Positions 1 to 14,638 are shown, counted from the whole stretch's first letter. The stretch is DNA of 63,753 nucleotides, filler included, from Octopus bimaculoides (GCF_001194135.2; 5 parts of 5 records of this genome joined end to end with filler, not necessarily neighbours in it), one strand, 5' to 3'. The notes: generated from the sequence alone by a model not told the origin. Program-made: numbers and translations.

Positions 1-896
1 CTCTCTTTCTTTCTTTCTTTCTTTCTCACTCTCTTTCTTTCTTTCTTTCTCCCTCTCTTGCTCTCTCTCTCCTTCACGCGCGTACGCACAGATTTGACTT
101 CGCCATGTCAACAAACTTCAAAATTGGTAAAAGTTTATCCATTTTTACAGCTATACGCGGGTGCCTCTGTGAGAAAAAGTTGACAAAAACACAGATAGGG
201 TCATGAACAATGTCCTCCTAAAATTGGAGCGACATGCGTGCTAATTTGTGGACGTGCATAACCCACATCACGTACACACACACACAAACATCTTGTGTTT
301 TATAGATATTGATAACTATGTTCTTCAGCGTCTGTGTACCAGCTTCACCTAGAAGTTGTTAATCAGGCCATGGCTATTATAGAGTAACAGAATACACCAT
401 CCAGTACTGATCGCACTACACTGGCATGAAACCGAACCACATAATTCCTATAAAAACTTCTTAACCACATTGCTATGCTTGATCATGCATGCTTGCTTTG
501 ATATTATCCAGTAGATGCAATGAGTTAAAATGAAGAAAACGAAGTCGAACAGATTAAAGAAAAAAATATCTCACTAAAAGTGAACAATAACAATTTCCAT
601 GTGGCATCTCTTGTGTTAATTAACAATTCATTTCAATAAAGTCTTTAGTGTTCTTTTTTTTTACAATTGTATCTAAATTATAAATTTGAATTATAAAATA
701 CTGAAATTTCATTGACTTTTAGCTACTCCTTTAACACTAACAGTAATCTATTGCAGAGATGGAAAATTGCAATATATAATTGAACAGATCAGCATGTTAT
801 AAAATATTTGGTGCTGCCAAGAACTCATTATTTATGTTGAACGATTTCCTGAAATCTTTGTATTACAAAAGAAATATTTCTGTTTCTTCCTAAAGT

Positions 897-932
<36 letters not shown>

Positions 933-1551
933 CGTCTTAGTATTTGATTGCAGCGAAATATAGCCATTTCAAGAACTTTATGAAATACGTGACTCTATGT
1001 GTTTTTGCCAATTTTAAACAGTCGATATCTGGAGGCAAATGTAAGGAAAATAAATAAATTGTAGACAAACTGAATGCTTTAAACACTTTCATCAAAGCAA
1101 AAATAGCCTAGTAACCGATAAGTGTATAAAGGACCATGATTTTTCATCTTCAACTGAGATTGGGAATTAATAAGTCTTAACATTTTCAGACCCAGTTGGG
1201 ACATTTAACAGTTGTAAGAGATGACATATTCATATATCTACGCAGAAAAATAGACGTACATAGTGTGTTATTACGAGGCTATAGAGATATACATAAGTAC
1301 ACATACATGTAGAAAGATATGCAAATATAAACAGCTTCTCTGACGTACACAGAGACACAAACAATCACGAATAGACTCACAGATCTACAAATGCATAAGG
1401 ACGCACACATGCACTCACACGTGTATTGGTGCAGACTTACATACACATGCATACATATTCAAGTATACGCAAGTATTTAAATACACATACAACAATCAGG
1501 CAAAACACATCTGTACTTTTTATGCAGAGACACACATGCGCATGGCTATCA

Positions 1552-1640
<89 letters not shown>

Positions 1641-1739
1641 ATCTATTTATCTGTCTGTCTAACTGTCTGTTTATATATCTATCTGTCTATCCATATGTAT
1701 GTCTATCTCACTCTCTGTTTTCATGCATGTGTGCGTAAT

Positions 1740-1772
<33 letters not shown>

Positions 1773-2479
1773 TATCTATATATATGATACATATGTGTGT
1801 GTGTATATACACATATATATGTATATATATGGACATATACATATATATATACATATACATACATAGATGACCTATACAAAACTGTTTAGTATATACAAAC
1901 ATACAACACACACACACACACACACACACACATTGTATGCTGACTGAATACATAATGAAACCACATTTGGTAAAAACAGCAGAGAATCCTGTGAAATTTC
2001 ATTAAAAAAAAGAAGACCAATTTTGTCTCCTCAAAAGCTATTTCCATGGAAGCTTTACTTTTTTAATCAGAGAAATATAAAATCTTCAAAAATTAACAAG
2101 TTTGATATTGCTTATCACAGAGTGTGCAAGTTATTTTGTTTAGCCCCAGGTCTGTCGTAATGGTGCAGACCTATGATCAAATGTGTTCCAGCTGTGATCA
2201 TGTCGTTGTTGTTTAGCCCTAGGCCAGCCCTCATCGAGCACAACTATAATCAAAGACATACAGGAATTCTGACTTTTGGCCTCGTTTCTGTTATTTGGCC
2301 CCAAATCAACCCTCATTTAAAACGCCTATTATAAAAGACAACCCAAATATGACCATACCATGCCTTTTAGATATAGTCATCATCACCATCACCATTATTA
2401 ACATCATTATCATAATGTAACACCACACATGTTGGTATGAATCTCATGGCTTAACAAACCATGGCAAATTGGAGGACAA

Positions 2480-3065
2480 CACTGAGCTCCAGTGTCTGCT
2501 TTGGCAGGTTTCCTGTGGCTGGATGTCCTTCCTAATGCCAACTACATCACAGAATGTATTGAGTACTTCTTCTGCCACCACCACTGCTTATTCTGTATTC
2601 TTACACCTCATATTCTTTTCTTCCTCTCCATGGTATCTATGCTATACATTTTGATCTCGCCACCATCTTTTCTGCTCATCACACCAAGCATATCCTGTAA
2701 CTGAGATGACAGTATTTGACTTGTTCATATTTAATCCCTGACACCTTCCTCAGCTCTTTATATGCACTGCCCCATCTCTCCTTCATCTTCTTTCCTTACT
2801 ACAGTGCTATGTCACATGATGCGTATTTTCAGGATGTCCTTGCCTCTGCTACCCACATCCTGTGCTATCATGTTTTGCTGTTCGACAGGGTCCTGTCATT
2901 TCATTAATCATGCTTTCCTTTGTCAGATGTTCTAAGTTGAGATCAATTCTCACAACCGCATCTCATGGCTTCCTCGGTTCTTGTCTTCCACAGGAAAGAT
3001 CCACTTTGACAGATCAGCATTTTCTTATGCAGCTGTCACTCTGACATCGCATAAAACAGCATATG
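2480..3065 (-). mobile_element. Degenerate RTE LINE 3' fragments
   Basis: SEDSCIRKC-like C-terminal remnant, plus the 3' UTR motif ggatgtccttcctaatgccaac shared with other RTE tails in the window. Confidence 0.55.
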
Positions 3066-3230
3066 TAGAGAAGCAGGCTTGCATCATATTCCAGAAGAGG
3101 AAGGAGAAGACAGTGGGAGTGAAAGATGAGGAAAAGGAGGAGGAGGAGCAGAAGAAGAAGAAGAAGAAGAAGAAGAAGAAGAAAAGGAGAAAATAACAAT
3201 AAATTATAACAAGAAATAATAATAATAATG

Positions 3231-3322
<92 letters not shown>

Positions 3323-3734
3323 AAGAAGAAGAAGAAGACAATGATGATTCTTTAAGAAAACGAAACCAAAAAGGGAACATTTGAAACGAATAAAAATCTT
3401 CGACAATCAGACACAAAAGGCTGGTTGTAGAGGATGGGAACGTCAAGAAGAAGAAGAAAGCACCAACATTTCTTTTAAAAAATGTTATCAATTTTAGGAA
3501 ATATATTCTGAGTTTTGCTTCTCTCAAAGTCTCTCGCTCTCTCTCACCCTCTCTCTCTTTCTCCCTCTCTCTGTCTGACTGTTTGAGTCTATCACTTTCT
3601 TTGTGTGCTTCCTTTTAGGTTTTATTCAAATAAATGCACTCATGCATATCAAATATGTATTTATACACACACACGTATATATACGCAAATATACATACAT
3701 TTATATATACAGATACATCCATTTACATATATAC

Positions 3735-3769
<35 letters not shown>

Positions 3770-3995
3770 CTTATATATATAAATATGTATATGTGTGTAT
3801 ATATGTATGTATATATGTATATGTATACACATACATGTACACACGTATATATTTATGTATGAAGAATTGTCTCATGTAAGCTGTTCACACAAGTTATATG
3901 TGTATATATGTCAATACATACAAAGAGAGAATGAGAGAGAGAGAGGGGGAGACGAAGATGGAGATAGATAGATAGATAAATAGACAGACAAATAT

Positions 3996-4058
<63 letters not shown>

Positions 4059-4443
4059 CACACACTGACTACCAAAAAATAATGTCTATTGATTTGAGCA
4101 TCTTTAAGAATTCTGACATTCAGAAAAGTAAGCAAGTAACCAGATTCTTCAGTAATTGTGCATCACATTCATTGGTGACAAGCATTAGAATATCTCTTAT
4201 TTCTTGAAAACTATTTTATTGTCTCTACACCTATTTTTCTAATATCGTGCCTGTGTGTGTGTTTGCGCGTGTGTGTTTGCGCGTGTGCGAAGGTGTGCAT
4301 CTCCTTATATCATGAGATGTGTTTAAAACTCAGCATCTTTCAATTTTGAGTTATAAAGTATATTAAGTGATATGTATCTCCCATTAGATGGATTACATTT
4401 TTTATGCATCTTGCGTATAAACGGAACTGTAAATTATCCATAC

Positions 4444-5050
4444 GTTCTTTTATTCTTTTATTTGTTTCAGTAATTTGACAGCGGCCATGCTGGAGCATCG
4501 CCTATAGTGGAGCAAATCGACTGCAGCGCATATTCTTTGTAAGCCTAGCACTTATTCTGTAGGTCTCTTTGGCCGAACTGCTAAGTTACGGCGACGTAAA
4601 CACACCAGCATCGGTTGTCAAGTGATGTTGGTGGGACAAACACAGACCTACAAACAAATATTTATATAGGACTGGCTTCTTCCAGTTTCCATCTACCAAA
4701 TCCACTCGCAAGGCGTTGGTCGGCTCGAGCCTATAGCAGAAGGCACTTGCCTAATGTTCCACGCAGTGGAACTGAACCCGGAACCATGTGGTTGATAAGC
4801 AAGCTGCTTACCACACAGCCACTCCTGCGCGTAAATTATCCATACATTCTTTTATTCTTTTTTTGTTTCAATAATTTGACTGCAGCCATGCTGAAGCGGC
4901 GCCTTTAGTCGAACAAATCGACCCCAGGACTTATTCTTTGTAAGTCTAGTACTTATACTTTTGGTCTCTTTTGCCAAGCTGCTAGGTTACAGGGACGTAA
5001 ACAAACCAACATCAGTGTTCAAGAAATAGTGGGGGGGGGGACATGCACAG
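4444..5050 (-). mobile_element. Two tandem tRNA-head SINEs (family B); the younger copy 4444-4830 has a 15-bp TSD
   Basis: Both copies share ccatgctg(g/a)agc..cgcc, gtcgatttgc and ttattctttgtaag. TSD gtaaattatccatac at 4429-4443 and 4831-4845. Other family-B pieces at about 5545-5705(-), 9325-9665(+), 41672-41838(-), 45395-45680(-), 63648-63753(+). Confidence 0.85.
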
Positions 5051-5085
5051 ACCCATAAAAACACGGAAACACACACAAACACACG

Positions 5086-5117
<32 letters not shown>

Positions 5118-6197
5118 CACACACACATACTTTCACACTCACACATTTATGTATTTGTTTTGCAAGATTCCTGTTGTGAAATCATTTGCTGAAAGAGGTA
5201 TTGACCATCCCCAAATATAACAAAATATATATATACCAACAGCACNNNNNNNNNNNNNNNNNNNNNNNNNNNNNNNNNNNNNNNNNNNNNNNNNNNNNNN
5301 NNNNNNNNNNNNNNNNNNNNNNNNNNNNNNNNNNNNNNNNNNNNNNNNNNNNNNNNNNNNNNNNNNNNNNNNNNNNNNNNNNNNNNNNNNNNNNNNNNNN
5401 NNNNNNNNNNNNNNNNNNNNNNNNNNNNNNNCGCCGCCACCGCCGCCGCCACCACCGCCGCCACCACCACCAGCATATGGAAATGAATTTGAAATTTTAA
5501 AGTGTTTCCCTTATTTTATCCAACTTTTATACATATATATGCTATGGTGTTCTTTCCCTTTCTCTCTAGCAAATCCACTCGCAAGGCTTTGGTTGGCCAG
5601 AGGTTGTAGCAGAAGACACTTAGCGAATGTGACATGCTCTGAAATCGAACACAGAAGCATGTGGTTTCGAAGTTCACTTGTTACCACACAGCCATGCCTG
5701 TGCATTTGGATTATGATAATGTTGTCCTTAAGTGATGATGGTGTGTGTGGGAGTGGCACTGTGGACACGGCTAAACAAGACTACATTTATGTAGGCTATA
5801 GGAGGGAGAGTAGCAAGAAATGGGGGTAGGTGCAAACCTTTTGATTGTTGAAGGGATCCAGGCTTTTTGAAAGGGTGCATCACGAGCCCTTATGTGGCTG
5901 GTCTTTCCCGTTTTTATTTTGTGGTGGGGGAGAGGGTAGCCGTGCTTCTTTTATTAGTTTATTTATATTGATATTAAAATTTATTATTATCTCTTTTCAA
6001 ATGTCCCTTTATTGTTATCGTTTATCACTGCCCCATTTTTACTTCCTGTAACCCCCGGATCCTCCCCCACCATCCCATCGCTCTTTGTTATTTTCTTTTT
6101 CATCTTTTTCATTTTCACGTTTACAGTGTTTTGTGGCCAATAAGAAATCACCACCGCCGCCATCATCATCATCATCATCATCATCGTCATCGTCATT

Positions 6198-6244
<47 letters not shown>

Positions 6245-7852
6245 TGTCATCGTCATCGTCATCATCATCATCATCATCAATGTCGGCAGCAGCAGCAACA
6301 GCGTGGGTTTATTATCATGTTGTTGGTGGTAATGAATGCTGTCATCATCATCATGATGACAGCATTCATCACCACCACCAACATTGTCATTCTTATGGAA
6401 AGCATTATCGTCATCATTATCACCAACCACCGCCACCACCACTACCATCACCAGCACCACCACCACTGCCATCATCATCATCATCATCAATTTCATACTT
6501 TATCTTTTACTCATTCATTTTAGTTTTAGTGATTCCTTCACTTTAGAAATTCTCTGTCTCTCTCTCTCTCTCCCTTTCTCTTGCCAGTTATAAATATAAG
6601 AAAAGAAAAGAAAAAAAACAAAAAGTGTTATAAGAGTGACCGCTACCTAGCAAGTGGTTAATTATGAGAGTGACGAGCAAGTGGCTAATTATGCATAAAA
6701 ATGTTGAGACACGGATCCAATAAATGCATCGCAAACGAAAGTTTCCGAAACAATAAAAATATTTTGGTTGGAGAGAAATTCTCAATTTTCAGTGTGAAAT
6801 TAACTCTCTTCTGATGTATTTCTATTAATTATTTCTCAACTTAATTAGCTATTTTGTAAAATTCCCTCTTTGAGCTGATAATTTCTCTGTTTTTCATTGT
6901 TACATTATCACTCTTCCTTTTCTTCTTTCTTTTTTTATTTTTATTCTAAGTGAAATGCGAAACCAGTTTATTTTTAACATTTTTTCTGATTTTTTCTTCT
7001 TTTTTTATTTTCGTATGCTTCTATGTTTATTTTATGTTGTTTTTGTAATATTTTAATTGCTATTTTAGTCGTGTGTCGCAATATTCCTTTAATATTTTTT
7101 ATTTTTTTGAATGAAATTCCAAACTGTTTCCTTCCTTTTCTCTTTTCAGTTTTTGTTCTTTCCAGTTGTTTGTTTTGTGTATATGTATGTTTATATGTGT
7201 ATATACCTGTACAAGTGTAGTGTATATATATATATGTGTGTGTGTGCGTGTGTGCATTACGTGTGTGTATGTGGCTGTATGTGTACCGAGTGTTTTTTTT
7301 CTCTCTGTTTTGATGTGAAGATTTCCTGTTGAGAATCACTTAAAACATAACGTGGACATTTTAAAACAGTAAAACGACTGTGTGAGCGTTGCTGCTGCTG
7401 CTGCTGCGGTTGTTGTTGTTTATAATGCCTTTGTTGTAATGTGGCTCCTGATAATTTTGATGTTGTTCTTTTTATCATCAATGATAAAACTAGGTCATTG
7501 ATGACATTGACAATGTTGCTGGTGATGGTGGTGGTGGTGGTGGTGGTAGTGGTAACGGTGGCGGCGGCGGCGGCGGCGGTGGTGGTGGCGGCGGAGGTAG
7601 TGGCATTTTATTTAGAATGAACAAGATCAATAAAGGTAATGAAGAAGGAGGAGGAGGAGGAGGAGTTGAGTAAGAGAAGAGGGAGGAGGGGTATGAGGAA
7701 CAAGAAGAAGAAAAAGAAGAGAAGAGTTACTGATGCTGTGATTTTGTTTCCCCTCAATATCTTTGTTGCTATTGTTATGGTTTTGTTACTCTTGTTGTTG
7801 TTGTTGTTGTTGTTGTTGTTCTTCTTCTTCTTTTTCTTACTACTACTAGTAA

Positions 7853-7906
<54 letters not shown>

Positions 7907-8589
7907 GATGATGATAATGAATCATTATAAAGACCAATTTGCAACAGATGTGATCAACAGGACAACTGACAAGACACGGAACATATATTTATCATTTAAC
8001 AATGAACACATTAAAAAAAAAAAGAGACAAAAATCATTCCACGAAACCAAATAACCAGAATGGTCAGTCATTCTTTGCTGTGTGTGTGGAAGTGCCTCAC
8101 AAATGCAATGGTGTTCTTCTTGAAACGGCCAGAGGGGAAAAATGCTTCACTACGTTGTACCAGTAACCTTTGTCCTCCATTAATAACAGATACCATTAAT
8201 GTTGTTGAATGGTGTTGAACACCGAACACGAGAGAATGAATTGAGAAACATCTCTAATCTGAGATTATCCTTGTAATTATTACTGAGTGAGTCAAAGTAA
8301 CATAGTGTGATTTTTTATTCAGACATTAGTGTATCTAATGTGTCCTCTGTTTTTAGGACGGTTAGGGATGACAAGACAACATTCTTAGTGTTATTTCTTC
8401 AAACTTGTTACATTCCTAGTTCAAATCCTATACAGGTTTACTTTTGCCTTCATTCTTTTGAGTGGGGAGGGATAAAATGAAGAATCAATTGAGTACGGGG
8501 ATCAATGTGATTGACTTATGCCTATCCTTGAAATTGCTGCTCATATGCAAACTTATCATAACTCTTGTTATTAAGCTTCGAACTTTGGA

Positions 8590-9092
8590 CTTTGCAGAGG
8601 AAATGACCAGTGACTGAGACATTTGGCGATATGCTCTGCTTGAGAAGACTCGTCAAGCCAAGTGAACTCGTAGGTGTCGCTGATGCAGGTGTCACATAAC
8701 TGGCACGTAAAAAGCACCTGTCAATCATTGGGTCACATGGAGGCAAAATGGCTGAGCTCCTTTCGAATGTTGGGCCTCTTGGAGGCAATGACCATCACCT
8801 TTAACATTATGTCATGCTTGAGAAAAAAAGCCCGCCAAGCCGAGTAACATTGCAGTCGTGGCAGACACTGGTGTCACACAAATGGCACCTGTGCTGTTGA
8901 CATGTAAAAGCACCCATTCCACTCTCAGAGTGGCTGGCATTGCAAAGGGCATCCAGCCATAGAAACCATGCCAAATCAGACTGGAGTTTGGTGCAGCCTT
9001 CCAGCCTGCACCAGACAACAGTCTTCCAGCCATGGTCAAACCGTACAACCCATGCAATCATGGGCAACATATATTAAACAATGATGACGATG
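8590..9092 (+). mobile_element. RTE LINE 3' end with (GAT)n tail
   Basis: End of ORF2 (EEMTSD*DIWRYALLEKTRQAK*), a 3' UTR with aagggcatccagccatagaaacc, and a gatgacgatgatg tail. Confidence 0.75.
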
Positions 9093-9095
9093 ATG

Positions 9096-10730
9096 TAGTG
9101 AGCTGGCAGAATTGTTAGCATGAGAAACACAAAATGGTAAGTGACAATTCTTTTGCTCTTTATCTTCTGAATTCAAATCCTACAGAGCCCAACAATGATT
9201 TTCATCCTTTCAGTATTGAAAAAGAAGCACCAGTCAAGTACTACAGTCAATAGAATTGATTTACTACTCGCCTCTCACTATTTTTGGCCTTGCGCCAAAT
9301 TTTAAATAATAATTATTATTGAGAGGTGCTGGATTGGCTATGTGGTAAGGAGCTTGCTTACCAACCACATGGTTCCAGGTTCACTTGAGGCAAGTGTACT
9401 CTACTATAGCCTAGGGATGGCTGAAGCCTTGTGAGTGGATATGGTAGACGGAAACTGAATGAATCCCATCATGTACATATATACATTATATATGTATATA
9501 TGTATTTGTGCGTCTGTGTTTGCCTCCGCACCATCGCTTGACAACTGCTGTTGGTGTGTTTACGTCCTTGTAATTTAGTGGTTCGGCAACAGAGCCCGTT
9601 GTTCGGTTAAAGGTGGTGCTCCAGCATGGCCACAATGAAATGACTGAAACAAACAAAAGAATATTGGCAGGGAAGAATCTTCAGCCCATCAGGCAAAATG
9701 ATTAACAGCTTTCTTTACGTTCTGAGTTCAAATTCTGCCGAGGTCACCTTTGCCTTTTATCCGTTAGGGGTCGATAAAATGGATATTTGTTGAGCACTGG
9801 GGTCAATTTAATCGACTTTCCCCCTCCCCTGAATTTACTGGCTTTGAGCTAAAATGTGACGCCATTGTAATCGGGTAGATGTGTCTTGCAGTATTTGATC
9901 TGCTGTTTTGGTTCCGAGTTCAAATCACACTGAGGTCAGTGTGATTACAATAGTCGTAGTGGTGATGATGAGAAGCTGCCGCTGCTGCTGCTGTTGTTGT
10001 TGTTGTTGTGGTGGTGGTGGTGGCAGTGGCGGTGGTGGTGGTGGTGGTGGCAGTGAGAGAGATGATGTTAGAATGAAGATGATGTCGGTGGATATAATGT
10101 TGACGGTATAGTGATGGTGGTGGGGTTTTGTAGTCGTATGGGTGATAGAGATGATGATGATGATGCTGGTGGCAAAGATGAAGTTTGTATGAGGGAAAGT
10201 GGTAATGGTGTCCATGGTGATGGGGAGTAAGGAATACTAAGGAATACAGGGGTGGGAGCGATGTCGGCGTTGGTGGCGGTGGTGGTGGTGGGAAAAGAAA
10301 CACAACTTCGACGTATGTAAAGGATGTTTTTGTTTTTGCATTTGCTGTTGTACTTTATTACTATAATACATTGACACATAATTCTGTTTGATGCACACAC
10401 TGGTCATAAATGTCAACCTATTTCAATCATCAAGCAAGTGCCTATTAAGCTGAGCATTCCAGTCAGTCAGTTGGTTTTACAAATGATTGATAGGTACTAT
10501 ATTTATAAAGGCAGTGGACTGGGCAGAATCGGTAGAGCAGTAGGCAAAATGCCAGGTGCTATTTAGTCACGCCACTTCATGTTCTGCTTTTGAATGCTGC
10601 CAATGTCAGTTTTGCTTTTGATTTTCCTAAGATCGATAGAATAAAATACCAGGGAAGAATTGCAGTCTGTTTGATCAAAACCAGTTGCCTCTTCAACAGA
10701 TTTCTGGTCTTGTACCTAAATTAGGAATAA
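9096..10730 (+). mobile_element. SINE cluster (family A at about 9096-9245, 9665-9870, 10512-10730; family B at 9325-9665)
   Basis: Recurring gagctggcagaa..gttagca head, ttctgagttcaaat B-box-like motif and gcctttcatcc...gtcgataaa core, shared with the copies at 14215 and 37380-39031. Confidence 0.75.
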
Positions 10731-11069
10731 TAAAAATTATTTGTGATAATTAGGAGGTGGATTATTTGGAACTTTTCACATCCTCTGGTGGTTATTCTGG
10801 ATCTTTACATTGTGTCTTTGAATTCTGCTAAACTATAAATCGAAGATATTCAATTTGTTGGTATTGCATGTTGCTTCATTCTTGAGGAACCAATTGCTTA
10901 TTACTGCCCCATCTGATAAACCCCGTTGCCCTTCTAATACGGCTCTTTTGGAAGGTAGGTCTAGAGAGGGCATGGGCCAAAACTATGCTCCCTACCTCTC
11001 CATTGATCAGTTGAAGCCTAGATTGCGTCATGTGACAGTTTGCTGGCTGCCAGAGCTTACGCTACTGAC

Positions 11070-11632
11070 TTGGTCACCTAGGTAAAGGAAGCTATCAACT
11101 ACTTCTAATTTTTTTCTCCCTGGCATGCGTTTTCTGTACATCTTCGGTGTTTATTACCCCTGGTCATCTACCACACACAAAGCAATCTTCCTGGTTAACC
11201 TTTCTTTGATATTGCTGCACTTCTTATGTGTCCATGGCTTACACTGGGTACTTCTTATGGAGTTTCGATCTATGCTTTTTCTACAGATCGAGCAGGACCA
11301 TCTACCTGAAGGAATTTGTGATTTTTCCACCTTCCCAATTTACTATGACTTTGGTTTTTACTAGATTGATTCTAAGGCATATCACTAGAGATCTCTGACT
11401 TTCGTCATTGCCTCTGAGAGGCCCCACGTTCGAAGGTCATGCTTCACCATCGCAGCCCATGTCTTCCTGGGTCTCCCTCTTCCACGGGTTCCCCTCAACT
11501 GTTAGGGAATGACACTTTTTCACACGTCTCTCCTCTTCCATTCGCAGCACATGACCATACCACCGCAGTCGTCTCTCTTGCACATCACATCTGATGCTTG
11601 TTAAGTCCAACATTTCTTTCAGGGCGCTTATA
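11070..11632 (-). mobile_element. RTE-clade LINE ORF2 fragments, including a Cys/His (PHD-like) insert
   Basis: QERRLRWYGHVLRMEEER..RPRKTW (C-terminus). After a junction near 11375: LRINLVKTK...CSICRKSIDRNSIRSTQCKPWTHKKC...LEVVDSFLYLG. Confidence 0.85.
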
Positions 11633-14079
11633 TATATATATNNNNNNNNNNNNNNNNNNNNNNNNNNNNNNNNNNNNNNNNNNNNNNNNNNNNNNNNNNN
11701 NNNNNNNNNNNNNNNNNNNNNNNNNNNNNNNNNNNNNNNNNNNNNNNNNNNNNNNNNNNNNNNNNNNNNNNNNNNNNNNNNNNNNNNNNNNNNNNNNNNN
11801 NNNNNNNNNNNNNNNNNNNNNNNNNNNNNNNNNNNNNNNNNNNNNNNNNNNNNNNNNNNNNNNNNNNNNNNNNNNNNNNNNNNNNNNNNNNNNNNNNNNN
11901 NNNNNNNNNNNNNAGAGAGAGGTTTGTTATCATGTATACGTACATGCATAAATATACATACATCTTTGGATGTATGCATATGACAACACAGCCCTTGATT
12001 CACTCACACTCTGTCTCTTACAAACACGCACGCGCGTGCATACACACACGTGTCTTTGTAAATATGTTTGTATACATTTATGTATGTGTGTATTTGTAAG
12101 AGACAGAGTGTGAGTGAGTGAAGGGGTGTGTGTGTGCGTGTGTATGTGTGTGAGACAGAGTGAGAGAGCGGTGTGTATGTATTATTTACTCTCTCTCTCT
12201 CTCTCTCTCATACACACGAACACACACACACACACACATACAACATACAGAGTGAAGCTTTTTTGCCGTTGTTATGTCAATACCGGAAGTTGACATTGAG
12301 GAACCTTTTTAAAGATGTGAATCTTAAATATAAAGCAATATTATTTATTTTTAATTAAAAAAATCAAATGAAGAGCCTAAGATTTATCCGAGGTCAAATT
12401 ATTCACGCATCACAAGTATGGAAGCATTTGGTGAAGTCGATTTCACGTGAAAAGCGATTACACACACATCTCTGTTTTATATATATATATATATATNNNN
12501 NNNNNNNNNNNNNNNNNNNNNNNNNNNNNNNNNNNNNNNNNNNNNNNNNNNNNNNNNNNNNNNNNNNNNNNNNNNNNNNNNNNNNNNNNNNNNNNNNNNN
12601 NNNNNNNNNNNNNNNNNNNNNNNNNNNNNNNNNNNNNNNNNNNNNNNNNNNNNNNNNNNNNNNNNNNNNNNNNNNNNNNNNNNNNNNNNNNNNNNNNNNN
12701 NNNNNNNNNNNNNNNNNNNNNNNNNNNNNNNNNNNNNNNNNNNNNNNNNNNNNNNNNNNNNNNNNNNNNNNNNNNNNNNNNNNNNNNNNNNNNNNNNNNN
12801 NNNNNNNNNNNNNNNNNNNNNNNNNNNNNNNNNNNNNNNNNNNNNNNNNNNNNNNNNNNNNNNNNNNNNNNNNNNNNNNNNNNNNNNNNNNNNNNNNNNN
12901 NNNNNNNNNNNNNNNNNNNNNNNNNNNNNNNNNNNNNNNNNNNNNNNNNNNNNNNNNNNNNNNNNNNNNNNNNNNNNNNNNNNNNNNNNNNNNNNNNNNN
13001 NNNNNNNNNNNNNNNNNNNNNNNNNNNNNNNNNNNNNNNNNNNNNNNNNNNNNNNNNNNNNNNNNNNNNNNNNNNNNNNNNNNNNNNNNNNNNNNNNNNN
13101 NNNNNNNNNNNNNNNNNNNNNNNNNNNNNNNNNNTAAAAAAAAAAAAATTTTGTCGATTTATAGGATCATGCTCAAAAAGGTATCGTCACTCGCACGCAC
13201 CATCTTTGCTACACTCACCCACCTTTTAATGAAACTTTCACGAGACAAAAACTGTCTCTCTATTCTCACCTTCCTTTTCAAGTGATACTTGAAAAAGTTG
13301 ATGAGCGATTGGCCAGAGAGGTAAGTTTTCGTCTCTAATCCTTTCGCTCTAGTCCACTACACACATTCTTTCACCATGGCCACCAGTATGATGAACACTG
13401 CCTTGCCTTCCCTGTTGAGGGACGGTGGTGGAGCAATTTGCAACGCTGAAAGATTGCTCTACACATTGTTTTAGATTGTGTATTTATTATTCTTTCGTGA
13501 CATTTTTGTTTAAAGTATATGTGGGTAGATATATTCATAGTATTTGAGTTTAGCAGAAGTTGTAACAATTCCGAACAATCTAAGTTTGGAATAGAATAGT
13601 GCCATAGACAAATCTACAGACGTTTTGTTTTAGACCTAGGTCAATCCAGTTAAGATGATCTGTGATCAAAAGAATCAAAGCATAACCCATCTCACTTTTT
13701 TTCTCAATAGAGCGAACAACATTATTTAATATGACCTTCCCTTATTTATAATAGCAGAGTATGATTTGAGGGTGACATCGTTGTTATTTCTAGCAGATAG
13801 AATGACCGCCTTTGTTGGTTCATAAAAGTGCAGTTTACTGCTTTTAGTGGAACAATCATTGCACAGTTGACAAATCTGGTTTCCTAAAGCAATAAAACAC
13901 AGATTCTTGCTACATTAGTGCTTCTTATTCTTCTTCTGCTGCTGCTCCTGCTGTTGTTATTGATGTAGGTAGTTGTGGAGGCGGAGTAATTAATTCCTTG
14001 TGGAAATCTGTTTTGTTATGTTCTTTAAAGGAATTGATGCAAGAAGAAAGAAAAGGAGAAAGGAAGAAAGAAGGCCATG

Positions 14080-14125
<46 letters not shown>

Positions 14126-14214
14126 CCACTTTATCAATAATATCTTAGAGGAGAGCCAGTCTGAATGACTCCCTTTGTTAGGAATCAAAACATTTCAACA
14201 TCCAGCACTGAATG

Positions 14215-14442
14215 ATTGCCACCACACAGCAGACTGGTGAGCTGGCAGAAGCGTTAGCACATGGGGCAAAATGCTTAGCAATACTTTGTCTGCTGCTATG
14301 TTTCAAGTTCAAATGCTACTGAGGTCGACTTTGCTTTTATCCATTCGAGGTCAATAAATTAATAACCATTTCCGAACTGGGGTGGTTGTGATCGACTATA
14401 CCCGTCCCCCAAATTTCAGGCCTTGTGTTTGTCTTAGAAAGG
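14215..14442 (+). mobile_element. Family A SINE with an expanded (ATT)n tail
   Basis: ggtgagctggcagaagcgttagca...gaggtcgactttgcttttatccattcgaggtcaataaa...aggccttgtg, then (ATT)n/(AGT)n. Confidence 0.8.
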
Positions 14443-14444
<2 letters not shown>

Positions 14445-14537
<93 letters not shown>

Positions 14538-14638
14538 CAGTAGTAACAGTAGTAGTAGTAGTAGTAGTAGCAGCAGTAGTAGTAGTAGTAGTAGTTGTTG
14601 TAATAATAGCAGGAGTAGTAGTTGTAGTAGTAGGAGTT

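Noticed and set aside
5987-6546. His-, Ser- and Met/Thr-rich ORFs
   Set aside because: A (CAT/CGT)n microsatellite read in different frames.
11594-13285. Long ORFs made of X residues (also at 20976-22647, 49462-50094, 51959-52815, 60311-61733, 62143-63091)
   Set aside because: Translations of N gaps.
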